Below are positions 1 through 11,100 of a stretch of 64,000 nucleotides of DNA, in pieces. Position 1 is the first letter of the stretch. The number at the start of each line of letters is the position of its first letter. The position numbers were made by a program, and so were the translations under genes. This DNA is from Candidatus Latescibacterota bacterium (GTDB taxonomy: Bacteria > Latescibacterota > UBA2968 > UBA8231): contig CBDCXV010000011.1 of assembly GCA_965223905.1 (NCBI GenBank), forward strand, positions 1,920,001-1,984,000, in the 5' to 3' direction. The notes below the pieces were generated by a model that saw nothing but the letters and a program-made list of their open reading frames with translations, was not told where the DNA came from and searched no databases.

Positions 1-2
1 TT

Positions 3-176
3 CCCGGCAAGCCAAGCTTCGATCGCGCTGCGCAGAAATCGCCACTCGCGGCCTACCTTTTGCGAGGGGACGCGCCGGGTCCGTGCCATTTCCCCGAGCG
101 TCTTCTCACTTACCCTGATGATCCCTGCCGCTTCGGAAAGCGTGAGGATTTCTGGAAATTCCGTATCTTCTTTCAT
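3..176 (-). CDS. Excisionase-like helix-turn-helix (HTH_17) domain protein, partial (runs off window start)
   Basis: Not in ORF track. Manual translation from ATG 176: MKEDTEFPEILTLSEAAGIIRVSEKTLGEMARTRRVPSQKVGREWRFLRSAIEAWLAG, which fits the LT..EAA....VS..T......G..WRF pattern. Purine-rich RBS upstream. Confidence 0.8.
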   Translation of the reverse strand, partial: MKEDTEFPEILTLSEAAGIIRVSEKTLGEMARTRRVPSQKVGREWRFLRSAIEAWLAG

Positions 177-209
177 CTTCCCTTGCCTTCCTGTAAAGGC
201 TTGTAAAGT

Positions 210-239
210 AGCTTAATTTTGCGAACGGAAGAATGTCAA
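210..239 (-). promoter_or_regulatory. Putative sigma70 promoter for the HTH gene
   Basis: TTGACA (239-234), 18-nt spacer, TAAGCT (215-210) on the minus strand, in an AT-richer patch. Confidence 0.45.
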
Positions 240-522
240 GCCTTTTTGGCCTGAGAGGCTCGGTTCCCGGGCAGGTAGCGAGGGTAAACCGGTTGTCGGC
301 CTTTCCGTCCGAGTCGATGAACACAGGCCCTGGGCTTCCGCTCTCGCTTAGCCGAAGGCCTGCCGGGGAGCGGGATTCCCCCGGGCGACTCTTCCCTATC
401 CGGCTTACGAATGTGAGGCCCCGGTTTCCGGCTTCCAGCCAGCCGTGACCGGCCTCCGGAATTGCCTACATTTTGTCGCCACTACACCGGAACTCGAAAC
501 ACCAAACAAGCAGGAGCGGATC

Positions 523-1782
523 ATGCAACTTCCCAGGATGATGCGGGTCAAACAGCGTTTCGACGGACCTGCCCTCGAAGACATTCCCGGCGCCGTGCGC
601 GAGGAGATCGCAAAGCAGAACCTCTCGGGCAAGGTCGCCAAGGGGGACAGCGTCGCCATCAGCGTCGGCAGCCGCGGCATCGCCAACATCGCCCTGATCA
701 CCAGGACCGCAATCGAGGAGCTGCAGGCCCTGGGGGCGGAGCCGTTCGTGGTCCCGGCGATGGGCAGCCACGGCGGCGGCAGGGCCGAGGGGCAGCGCGA
801 AATCATCGAGAGCTACGGCGTCACCGAGGAGTACATCGGGGCGCCGATCCGGTCGTCGATGGAGGTGGTGCAGGTCGGCGAGACCGGTGACGGGGTGCCG
901 GTCTTCTTCGACAAGTACGCGTACGAGGCGGACCACGTGGTCGTCGCCGGGCGCGTCAAGCCGCATACAGGATTCGTCGGCGAGATCGAGAGCGGCCTGC
1001 ACAAGATGATGCTGATCGGCCTCGGCAAGCACAAAGGGGCCGCCCTCTACCACCAGGCCATCGTCCATTACAGCTTCGACCGCATCGTGCGCGCGGTCGG
1101 CCAGACCGTGATCGACAAGTGCGGGGTGCTGTTCGGCCTCGGCATCGTCGAGAACCAGTACGACAGGACGGCCCTGGTGCGGGCGGTGGAACCGGAGAAC
1201 TTCGTCGAGGGGGAGAAGGAGCTGCTGCTCCTCGCCAAGAAGTGGATGCCCTCGCTGCCGTTCGACCAGATCGACGTGCTCGTCGTCGAGGAGATGGGCA
1301 AGAACATCAGCGGCGCCGGCATGGACACCAACGTCATCGGCCGCAAGTACTACGACCACAAGGCGGCAGAGAAGGAGTACCCCAAGGTCACCCGCATCGC
1401 CGTGCGCAGCCTGACCGAGGAGACCCACGGCAACGCCTCCGGCATCGGCATGGCCGACTACATCCACTCGCGCATCCTCGACCAGATCGACCTCGAGGCG
1501 ACCGCCATCAACACCATGACCGGCAACCACCCGTCCGCCGGGGCGGTGCCGATCTGCTTCGACAGCGACCGCAAGGTGCTCGAAGCGGCGCTGTCGACCT
1601 GCGGTCTGGTGGAGCCGCCCGACGCCAGGGTGATGCGCATCCGCAACACCCTCGACGTCGAGGAGATCCTGGTTTCGGAGGCCTGCGAGAAGGAGGTCGC
1701 GCGCCGCGAGGAGCTCAGCGTCGTCGAGCCGCCGCAGGAGATGCAGTTCGACGCCAACGACGACCTGCTCCCCTTCGAGTGA
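523..1782 (+). CDS. Lactate racemase (LarA) superfamily / DUF2088 protein
   Basis: GSRGI, PAMGSHGG, RVKPHT, ESGLHKM..IGLGK and GKNISGAGMD motifs. ATG 523 follows CAGGAG RBS. Confidence 0.75.
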   Translation: MQLPRMMRVKQRFDGPALEDIPGAVREEIAKQNLSGKVAKGDSVAISVGSRGIANIALITRTAIEELQALGAEPFVVPAMGSHGGGRAEGQREIIESYGVTEEYIGAPIRSSMEVVQVGETGDGVPVFFDKYAYEADHVVVAGRVKPHTGFVGEIESGLHKMMLIGLGKHKGAALYHQAIVHYSFDRIVRAVGQTVIDKCGVLFGLGIVENQYDRTALVRAVEPENFVEGEKELLLLAKKWMPSLPFDQIDVLVVEEMGKNISGAGMDTNVIGRKYYDHKAAEKEYPKVTRIAVRSLTEETHGNASGIGMADYIHSRILDQIDLEATAINTMTGNHPSAGAVPICFDSDRKVLEAALSTCGLVEPPDARVMRIRNTLDVEEILVSEACEKEVARREELSVVEPPQEMQFDANDDLLPFE

Positions 1783-1807
1783 CCCGCTTCCGGCAAGGGG
1801 AGGAGCC

Positions 1808-2923
1808 ATGGCGATTCAAGCGGCGGTGATGACGGAACCCGGCGCGGTCGAGGTGCGGGAGTTCCCGCGCCCGGATATCGCCGCGGACGAGCTGCTGCTC
1901 GAGATCGAGAGCACCGGCATCTGCGGCAGCGACAAGCACATCTACGCCGGCCACATGCCGTTGCAGTTCCCCCTCGTTCCCGGACACGAGCTGGTCGGCA
2001 GGATCGCCGAGCTCGGGTCGCGCGCCGCCGCGGAGATGGCCGTCGTCGGGGGACCCCTCGCCGAAGGGGACCGCGTCACCACCACCCCGAGCTCGACCGC
2101 CTGCGGCCGCTGCCACTACTGCCTCCACATGCCGCAGCGCCCCACACTCTGCACCGGGCGCTACGTGCACGGGTTCGTTTCCTGCGACCTGCCGCCGGCA
2201 CCGCGCGGCGGCTTCGCCGAGCAGATGCACCTGGGGCCGCGCTCCTGGATCTTCAAGATCCCAGACGAGCTGAGCTCGGACCGCGCCGTGCTCACCGAGC
2301 CGGCCGCGGTCGCCACCCGCGCCGTCGAGCGCGCCCTCGGCCCCGGCATCCCCCACATCGGAGAGGGTCTCGGCATGGACAAGTCCGTGCTCGTGCTCGG
2401 GGCCGGGCCGATCGGCCAGCTCGTCATCGCCGTCCTCGCCCACATAGGCACCGACCTGATCATCGCCTCCGACCTCAGCGCCTCCCGCCTGGAGATGGCC
2501 GCGGCGATGGGGGCGCACCGGGTCGTCGACGCCGCCGCCGATCTCGACGAGCGGCAGCAGGAGGTGCAGGAGCTGACCGGGGGGATCGGCCCCGACATCG
2601 TCATCGAGACGGCGGGGGTGCCCGTCGTCTTCAAGGAGTCCCTCGACCTGGTGAAGCGGGGCGGCATCGTCGTCGAGGTCGGCCACTTCACCGACCCGGG
2701 CGGCGTCGACATTCGTCCCAACACCATCTGCTTCAAGGACCTCGACATCCGCGGCATGTGGGCCTACCCGGCGATGCAGTTCAAGACGGCGCTGAGCTTC
2801 CTCAAGAACTCCGCCGCCCCCCTCGACCGCTTCATCACCCACCGGGTGACGCTCGCCGATACCGAGGAAGGTATCCGCCTCACCGGCAGCGAGGGTTCGA
2901 TGAAGGTGGTCGTCGAGCCCTGA
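1808..2923 (+). CDS. Zinc-binding (MDR) alcohol/sugar-alcohol dehydrogenase
   Basis: CGSD..H, GHE, structural-Zn CGRCHYC...C and GAGPIG Rossmann motifs. GGAGGAG RBS. Confidence 0.9.
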   Translation: MAIQAAVMTEPGAVEVREFPRPDIAADELLLEIESTGICGSDKHIYAGHMPLQFPLVPGHELVGRIAELGSRAAAEMAVVGGPLAEGDRVTTTPSSTACGRCHYCLHMPQRPTLCTGRYVHGFVSCDLPPAPRGGFAEQMHLGPRSWIFKIPDELSSDRAVLTEPAAVATRAVERALGPGIPHIGEGLGMDKSVLVLGAGPIGQLVIAVLAHIGTDLIIASDLSASRLEMAAAMGAHRVVDAAADLDERQQEVQELTGGIGPDIVIETAGVPVVFKESLDLVKRGGIVVEVGHFTDPGGVDIRPNTICFKDLDIRGMWAYPAMQFKTALSFLKNSAAPLDRFITHRVTLADTEEGIRLTGSEGSMKVVVEP

Positions 2924-3196
2924 TCCCCGGCCGCGGCGCGGCTGACTGCCATCTTCGCCGGGTGAACGCGGTTTCGCGGAGAAGGCGCGCCGCGACCTCC
3001 GTCCCTACATCATCGAAGCCTTGTCGATTCCCCGGACGACCCTTTCCTCGCGAAGGAAGGGTGACCACGACCGGATTCGACGCCATGATGGCCGACGCCT
3101 AACCGTGACTCATTGGACCGTTAGGCCCCCCGGCACTGGGAATTACCGATATTCCAAAGAGTAACTTCACTCTCGGATTTGAACCGGAATGGCGGC

Positions 3197-4840
3197 ATGC
3201 CCGGCCAACTGTTTACCCATTACTTCCTCACCGACGGCATAAAGACCACACCCGAGTGGCAAGTCTCGGTTGACCACCCCGAGGCGTTCGCCGCTTTCAG
3301 GAAGGACGTTGCCCGGCGGTACGAGACCCTCAGCCGTTCCGCGGACCCCAACGAAGCGGTCACCGAGCAAGACCTGATCCGGCCGATCCTCGAGTTGCTC
3401 GGATGGACCGATTATCTGCCACAGCAGGGAACGGCGGGCAGGGAGGACATTCCCGACCACCTGCTCTTTGCCGACGCCGGTTCCAAGGAGCGGGCCGCCG
3501 CGGAGCGAAAGCCAAGCGCCCGCGCTGGGCACGCGATCGCTGTAGAGGAGAGCAAGCGATTCGGCCTGTCTCTGGACGAGCGCGACTGGGCGGCCGGATT
3601 CCACGCCCGGTCCCCCCACAGCCAGATCCTCCGCTACCTGGCGACGGCCGAGATCGAGTCGGAGAGCCGCGTCCGCTGGGGCATCCTCACCAACGGCCGG
3701 GTCTGGCGTCTGTACGACTACCGCTCCCGCCCACGTGCCAGCGGCTACTTCGAGGCGAACCTGCCGGACCTGCTCGAACCCCCCGGGGAGGAGGACCTGC
3801 GCGTCTTCCATCTGCTCTTCCGCCGGGAATCCTTCACGCCGCAGGAAGGCGCCGCCGTGTCCTTCCTCGAAGCGGCCCTGGCCGAGGGCCTCCGCTACGA
3901 AGAGCAGGTCGCCCAGGATCTCTCCGGCGTGGTCTTCGAGAGCGTCTTCCCCGCGCTCGTCCAGGCGCTCGCCGACGCGGCGCAGAAGGGAGGCACCGAC
4001 GCCGGCCTGCCGGAGATCCACAAGGCAGCCCTGATCGTCCTCTACCGCCTGCTCTTCGTGCTCTACGCCGAGGACCGGGGCCTGCTGCCGGTCAACGACT
4101 CCCGCTACGACGACTACGGTCTGCGCAAGCGCATGCGCGACGACATCGCCCGTAGGATGGCAGAAGGGGACACCTATTCCGCGGTGGCCACCAACTACTA
4201 CGATCGCCTCCTCAATCTCTTCCGCATTATCGACCGGGGAGACCCGTCCATCGGCCTGCCACCCTACAACGGAGGGCTGTTCGCGTCGCAAGCCGCGCCG
4301 CTGCTGGAAACGGTGCGCCTCCCCGACGCCGAAGTTGCCCCGGTGATCTACGACCTCAGCCACGCAAAGGACCCGGAAGGAAACCGCCGCTTCGTCAACT
4401 ACCGCGACATGTCGGTGCAGCAGCTCGGCTCGATCTACGAGCGCCTCCTCGAACGCCAGCCGGTCCGCGAAAACGGGCGAATCGCCATCCGCCCCAACCC
4501 GTACGCCCGCAAGGACAGCGGCAGCTTCTTCACGCCCCAGGAACTGGTCGACCTGATCGTCGAGCGCACCCTCAAGCCGCTCGCGGAAGAGCGTCTCAAG
4601 GCATTCGAAGAGAAGGCCGCCGCACTCAAGAGGGACCGCCGGCCCAAGACCCAGCGCCAGGCCGAGTTGCTAAAGCTCGATCCAGCCGAGGAGGTACTGA
4701 ACCTCAAGGTCCTGGACCCTGCTATGGGCAGCGGTCACTTTCTGGTCACCGCGGTCGACTTCCTGTCCGACAAAGTCGCCGAACTGATCGAAACCGTCCC
4801 CTCGGTGCCGGGTAGTAGGGAACGGCTGCAACCAAACTGA
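3197..4840 (+). pseudogene. Type IIG/IIL (Eco57I-like) restriction-modification fusion, 3'-truncated
   Basis: PD..L...EESK nuclease motif, ILTNG..WRLY, YNGGLF, LGSIYERLL, RKDSGSFFTP and motif I VLDPAMGSGHFL. The ORF stops about 35 aa later with no NPPY motif IV or TRD, at a base-composition shift. Confidence 0.8.
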
Positions 4841-4986
4841 CGGCCTTTCTTCGCTGGGCCAAAATGGCCAATCTTACAACAAACCAGGTAGATTTCGTGC
4901 TCCGGAAGGAGATCCCCTGGGATGATTAAAGTACCGGTGATCGAGTTTATAGACACGAACCCTCCCTTGCGGACTTTGTGATCATT

Positions 4987-5331
4987 ATGAATACCATTGA
5001 ATCCCCTGTCGACAAAGCCATTATCCAAACCGTGGCGCAACTGATTGCAGAACAGTTTGGTCCGGAAAAGATTATCCTTTTTGGCAGCCATGCTCGTGGG
5101 CAGGCTGGTATGCACAGCGATATAGATCTGTTGGTCGTGATGCGTGATGATGAAGGCCGGAAACACCCTGGAAATCCGATTCGCAGGGCGATTGCCGAGC
5201 GGTTCGTGCTTCCTGTCGACGTGATAATCAGCTCTCCGGAAGTCTTTGCCAAGCAGCGAACCAATCCATATTCGTTGATCCACAAGGCCCTGGAAGAAGG
5301 AGAACTGTTGTATGAGCGACCAACGGCCTGA
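4987..5331 (+). CDS. Minimal nucleotidyltransferase (MNT/MntA-type antitoxin)
   Basis: ILFGSHARG....SDIDLLVV motif; overlaps the downstream HEPN gene. Confidence 0.88.
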   Translation: MNTIESPVDKAIIQTVAQLIAEQFGPEKIILFGSHARGQAGMHSDIDLLVVMRDDEGRKHPGNPIRRAIAERFVLPVDVIISSPEVFAKQRTNPYSLIHKALEEGELLYERPTA

Positions 5332-5696
5332 ACAGGACTGGTTCCGAAAAGGAGATCAGGATCTGGAGATGGCTCGTCGGGCGCTGGGGCCGGGAAACCC
5401 CCTTGCCCGGGATGGCATGCTATCACTCCCAGCAATGCGCAGAAAAATACCTGAAAGGCTATCTGGTTGCTCACTCGGTCCCCTTTCGCTACGTGCACGA
5501 TCTTGTTTACCTCACGCAGCTTTGCACAGAAGGGAACCCAGTCTTTAAGGAGTTGATGCAGGCTGCTGAAATTCTAAATGAATATGGAACGGCAGTACGG
5601 TATCCGAGTGAGAGCTCAGTAGAACCTGACCTCAATGCGGCCGAAGAGGCGGTTCGTCTGGCCGAGAAGGTCGCCGCCCTGATAGCTCAGAATTAA
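5312..5696 (+). pseudogene. HEPN domain protein, frameshifted
   Basis: N-part (W..K...DL..A) and C-part (ACYHSQQCAEKYLKG...HDL...RYP) lie in different frames. Removing one C from CCCCC at 5398-5402 joins them (GNPLPGMACYH). Confidence 0.8.
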
Positions 5697-5766
5697 CCCC
5701 GACAGTTCGCTCAGTACCTCGCGAAAGACCCGGTACGGCGCGCCTTCGCCAGGCCGGCCACTGCCC

Positions 5767-7911
5767 TCATACCCAGGCGAACACCCAGTTTTCAGTGTGC
5801 CCGGTGAAGTAGTCGATGGTGAGCCAGAGGCCCATGGTCAGCATCTGACCGGCGATCATCCCCAGGAACACCCCCTGAGTGCGGCGGTAGAGGTTGACGC
5901 CTCCGTAACGGAGGACGATGACCTTGATGAGCCAGGCGACGAACACGCTGGTGATGGTGTAGTACATCAGGTCCACGGCCGCGATCGGGAAGCCGATCGG
6001 GTGCAGGGGCCACCACGGCAGGCGCTGGCGAGCCAGGTACAGCAGGGCCATGATGCCGCCGCCGCCGAACAGGAAGCCGATGCCCGGCCAGTAGATGCCG
6101 GCGGGCTCCAGGTTGCGCACGGCGCTGTCGTAGGCTTTGGCCGGTCCCAGGTTGAAGAACCAGATATCGAGGTTTACGCCTCCGTAGCGGTAGGCGACGT
6201 GGAAGATCATCCAGAAGGAGCCCAGGGTCCCGATCATCAGGGCCAGGATGAGAGCCAGGAAGACCAGCCGCCGGCTGCGCGCATCCATGTCCTCGATCAG
6301 CTTGAGGGCGTTCGTGCAGGTCGCCATGGCGAAGCAGCGGACCCCCTGGTTGGCCCAGATGTAGGCCATGGACAGGTTGAACACGCCGGTGGGACCCACG
6401 AGAGATGAACCGAGACCCATGACGACGAAGTCGGGGGCGTTGACGGGCGTCCGCAGCGTCGCCAGCCCGGCTTCGGCGATGATCCGGGTGATGCCGATGA
6501 AGATCGCCATGGCCAGGACGATGAAGAAGAGGGAGACCCACAGCGGTGTGCCCATGGTCCACAGCCACAGGGTCATTACCGCGATCCCCCCGAAGGCGCC
6601 GATCACGGCGCCGCGGTAGGAGAGGATCTCGTCCCGGTCGTCGACGCGGGGCGCCCGGCCCAGGGCCTTGAGCCAGACCGCCCTCAAGTGTTCGCGGGCC
6701 GTCCACAGCACCACCGCGACCAGCACCAGCAGGGCGCCCAGCCCCTCGTAGCCGACCAGGGGGGCGTCGTGCACGCCCTGCAGCACCTGCTCCGATTTGA
6801 TCCCGGCGGTGGCCAGCAGGCTCTTCTGGATCCTGCCGAGCAGGTAGAACACCCACAGGCTGCCGGATATCCTCGTGTCGATGAGGTAGGCGAAGCCGGT
6901 CAGGGCGAAGTCGACCTTGCCGGACGCGTACGGTATCGGCAGGCGCATGGACACCATGGGAATGGAGGAGTCGTAGTTCGACATCGCCCTCAGGCTGCCG
7001 GCGATGAACGGGACGGCCATGCCGATCCACACCGACGGACGCTTGAAAAAGCCGTTCACCAGACCCTTCTCCTCCTCGCCGCGGATCATGGCCAGACCGG
7101 CCTGGGCGATCGGATAGCTCAGGCGTTCCCGCTCCATCCACTGGCGCCGCAGGATCACGGCGATCGAGATCATGCAGACGTACAGCGCCAGCAGGAAGAC
7201 GGCCCACCACATCAGCGGCTCGACCCAGGCGCCGTAGGGGATGCTCTGGCCGGACTTGGAGATACCCTCGTAGAACAGGGCGTTCCCGGCGCCGTCGTCG
7301 ACCAGGATATTGTGCTCGGGAAAGTGGGGGAAGAGTTTCTCCCGCCACTGGTTCTCTGGCGAGGCGTAGTAGAAGATGGCGGTGAGAGAGGGCAGGATCA
7401 GCTCGGTCAGGCCCATCGTGCACACGGCCGAGACCATCGCCAGCATGGCATAGACCATGATCAGGTCCGCCCGGTTGAGGGCCAGGCTGCGACCGGACCA
7501 CGCCAGCGGCACGTTGGCGAGGGCGCAGATCAGCGCGAAGGTGGAGAAGATCAGCCCGGGCGAATGCGCATCGACATCGCTCAGAGGCCAGTAGGCGTAG
7601 AGCCAGGCAGCTCCCAGGGCGACGGCGAAGGCGAGCGCAGCCCCCTTGCTGCGCGCCGCCAGCTTGAAGGCCAGGTTGAGGATCCCGATCAGCACGACGA
7701 AGACGAAGATGGCCCCCGGGGTGCTGATGTCCGCGGCCACGTAGGCACCCTTGATGACCATGTTGCTGTAGGGGGCGCAAATGGCGAGGAAGAAGCTCAG
7801 GAAGCTCCCCACGCAGAACCCCCGCCACGTCAGGCGGTGGCGCGATTCGAGGAGGGGCTCGGAGCGCGAGCGCAGGTGCCGGCGGTAGATCGGGGGGACT
7901 TCCTTTTTCAC
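5767..7911 (-). CDS. Polytopic membrane protein, DUF6785/DUF6784-like (putative transporter)
   Basis: Many hydrophobic helices; RRQW...ERLSYPI, RIIAEAG, WWPLHPIG and RYGG..LYR motifs. Likely GTG start at 7911 rather than 8076. Confidence 0.7.
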   Translation of the reverse strand: MKKEVPPIYRRHLRSRSEPLLESRHRLTWRGFCVGSFLSFFLAICAPYSNMVIKGAYVAADISTPGAIFVFVVLIGILNLAFKLAARSKGAALAFAVALGAAWLYAYWPLSDVDAHSPGLIFSTFALICALANVPLAWSGRSLALNRADLIMVYAMLAMVSAVCTMGLTELILPSLTAIFYYASPENQWREKLFPHFPEHNILVDDGAGNALFYEGISKSGQSIPYGAWVEPLMWWAVFLLALYVCMISIAVILRRQWMERERLSYPIAQAGLAMIRGEEEKGLVNGFFKRPSVWIGMAVPFIAGSLRAMSNYDSSIPMVSMRLPIPYASGKVDFALTGFAYLIDTRISGSLWVFYLLGRIQKSLLATAGIKSEQVLQGVHDAPLVGYEGLGALLVLVAVVLWTAREHLRAVWLKALGRAPRVDDRDEILSYRGAVIGAFGGIAVMTLWLWTMGTPLWVSLFFIVLAMAIFIGITRIIAEAGLATLRTPVNAPDFVVMGLGSSLVGPTGVFNLSMAYIWANQGVRCFAMATCTNALKLIEDMDARSRRLVFLALILALMIGTLGSFWMIFHVAYRYGGVNLDIWFFNLGPAKAYDSAVRNLEPAGIYWPGIGFLFGGGGIMALLYLARQRLPWWPLHPIGFPIAAVDLMYYTITSVFVAWLIKVIVLRYGGVNLYRRTQGVFLGMIAGQMLTMGLWLTIDYFTGHTENWVFAWV

Positions 7912-8117
7912 GCGAGGCGCTTCAGCAGGTGAGGGTGGAGACGGCCTTGCTGACCATTGGCAGGGCGGCGCAGCGCGTGGCACTCCGATGTCGGCCCGGG
8001 CGCCCACCAGAACGGGAGAATCCCGGACACGCCGAACTGCCCGGCCTCGGGCGAGCACACGAAATACTGCCGCCACCGCAAATCGAGGAAGGCGCCCTCC
8101 TCTTCAGCCAATCGATC

Positions 8118-11100
8118 TCAACCTTCCCCCACGTCGGCCGCGGACGCGCTTTCCGCCAGCATCCCCTCGGCTGCCTGCCGGTGATGGGCCTTGGCCTCTT
8201 CGGTGAATGTGTGCCACAGCAGGAACTGCTTGCGCAGGGTGTTCATGAAGCGCGGGTTGAGCCGCCGCCAGGAGGCGGTCTCGCCGCTGACCCGCTCGAT
8301 GAAGACCTCCACCCGGTAGATGCTGGCCACGGGCGACGGCGTGAAGTCCAGCTGCAGGTACTGGCTTACCCCCATGTCGAAGGGCGCCAGCCAGGTCAGC
8401 ATTTGCAGGGAATACTCGCCGGCTCCGGCGCCCTCGGCGCCGGTGATGAGGCGGACCTTCTCGGCGTAGAAATGGCCGACCGAATCCTCGTTGTAGGACT
8501 CGAAGTAGCCGGCCAGGAATCCGCTCAGTCCCCGGACCTCGGGGGCACCGACCGTGAAGGGGAAATCGAACTCCCAGCGGTCGCCGTCCGGCGCGGGCGG
8601 TACCCAGCGTCGCACCGTGTCCGGCACCGCGATGCTGGCGGCGACCCGCGCCGGGTAGAGCGTCGACAGCAGCACCACGGCCATGACCATGAGGGCCGCG
8701 GAGATGGCCGCCGTCGAGGAGTAGTTCAAGTCCATGCCCTGGATGAGGCCGGCGCTCAGCAGCAGCTTGCCCATCCCCTGCCCCAGGATGTAGCCGAGGG
8801 TGACGCCGACGACGGCGTACACGCAGGCCTCGGCCACGAACAGCAGGGCGATGTGCATGGGCGCCAGCCCAACAGAGGAGTACACGCCGATCTCACGCCA
8901 GCGCTCGTACACGGCGCCCAGCATGGTGTTGAGGACGATGAGGGCGGCGATGAGCATGGGTACGAGCAGCGCCCCGAGACCTTCGATCGCGGTCAGGCCG
9001 ACGGACGTGAAGGAGGAAACCTCGACCTCACCGGTGTCGGGGTCGCGGATGGCGGCGAACAGGGTCACGGCCACGCGCGTCAGGAAGTCCTCCAGCAGCG
9101 GCCGGCCGTCGACGTCCTCGTCGAAGCGGACGCCGATGGAGCGCAGGGTGCCGCCTGCCACCCACACGGTTCCGTATGGCATGATCAGCACGTTGTCCGC
9201 CGGCACGTGCACGAACGGCTTGATCTGGTCCGGCGGCCCTTCTTCCTCGACCTCCATCGACACCTGCGTCCGACCGCCGAGCGTCCGGATGTCGGCGCTC
9301 TGGAAGTCAGCCGGGGTGAGCGGTTCCGCGTCCAGATCGCGGATGGCGGCCAGCTCGCGGGCGTCGAAGATGCCGCGGACGACGAGGTCCTTGCCGAACA
9401 CGCGCACGGTAGCCCGGCCCACATCCCCGACGCCGACGCCGGCAGCCGCGGCCATCTTCTCAGGAAGCAGGCACGTGCTCTCGTCGTCCCTTTCGAAGAA
9501 ACTGCCGGCGACCAGGGTTTCGTCGATACCGGTGACCTGCGTCTCCTGCGGCGAAAGTCCCAGCAGACCGCCGGCCAGAGTCGTGCCGGCCTTCCCCCGG
9601 ATTTCGATGTAGCTCTTCATTCCCTCCGCCTCGGAAACCAGCCAGTTGCGCGGGCTGACGACACCATGGGGGGCGAAGTGGGAGCGGGCGTAGTTCAGGG
9701 TCGGCAGCGACAGCTCCTTCCAGCCACGGTCGCGGATCAGCGTGCCCTCGTAGCGGGCCTCGTGCACGGTCGGAAAGGCGAGGAAGGCGAGCTGTTGGCG
9801 GAACGAGGTGAACGAGAGCACGGTGAACGTCAGCAGTGTCAACGTCACCAGGGTCAGAATCGTGCGCAGTTTGCGGCGCCGCATGTTGGATATGCCCAGC
9901 ATGAAGGCGGCGTAGGAGGCGCTGGCGCGGTTGATGTCGGCCCGGGGTATCCGGGAGGCGCGGGCCTGGAACTCCTGCAGGTAGTTGTTGAAGCGCGAGT
10001 GGATCATCGCGAACACGAAGGCGGCCATCGCCATGACGGCGAAGGCCAGCAGGATGACGGCCGGATGCGCGATGGCGAAGGCAGGATGCACCTGGGAGAT
10101 CAGCGCCCAGAGGATGGCCAGGATCAGGGCGAAACCGGACAGCTGCCAGCGGATGTCCGAGGCGGCAAAAACCAGACGCTCGCCGAAGAACGCGGCCGGC
10201 AGCACCAGCGCCAGGAAGAACACGAGCCCTTTGATGACATCATTCAAGGTGGCCATCACGTCCGGGTACGCCCGAGAGGTGATCCCCCTGGCCGCCCGCA
10301 CGTTGGCCATGAAGGCGTCCCACTCCTTCCTGTCGGCCGCTGCGGTTGCCCGGTCGATCAGCTCGCGGCCATACGCGTGCAACTCCGCCAGCCGCGGATT
10401 ATCGATGGCGTGCTCGCGCATGGTTGCCAGGCGCTCGTCGTTGAGCCGCCACATGTCCTGCACCGCCAGGTATTCGGTGCGCTCGAGCGGATCCCTGCCG
10501 ACGACGTAACCGGTGCCGCGCGCCTCGGAGCGGCTGTTGGTGAGGATCATGCTGTCCGACATCAGGTACACGAGGCTGTCGTCGGCAGCGGCGAACGCCA
10601 ACGCCACCGGCTCCAGGATTCCGACCCCCTTCGCCAGGCCGTATTCCTTGGGGGCGACGCCCGCGTGGGTCTGGATCCTGATGTCTTTCACGGCCGTGAG
10701 CGCTCGGGGGTCGATCAGGCCGAAAAACGGCCGCGACGTGCAGGGGAAGAGGACGAGTGTCTTGTGCGCGCTGGCGAAGCGGATGGCCTGGGCCATCTTG
10801 CCCTGCACCTTCTGCGCGCGCGCGCTGTTGTCGGGGCCGTAGAGGATGTCGCCGGTCTGCGGATCCACCACGTAGGCGCTGACCGGTACGGCCCCCAGGG
10901 GCAGGCCGGGAATGACGGCGCCCCCGCTTTCGTCAGTCAATTGGAAATGGAAGGCGCGCACCCCCTTGTGAGGTTTGTGGCCCAGACCGGCTTCGAGGCG
11001 GGCGGCGCCGGCACCCAGCGCCACGATGGCGCCCTCGATGACCCGGTCGGGCACCTGGCTGCGGCGCGGGAAGGCGCGCACGTCCACCATCAAGGTGCGC

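Noticed and set aside
5392-5398. G_GGA_AAC slippery heptamer at the HEPN frameshift
   Set aside because: It would promote a -1 shift, but joining the two HEPN parts needs +1.
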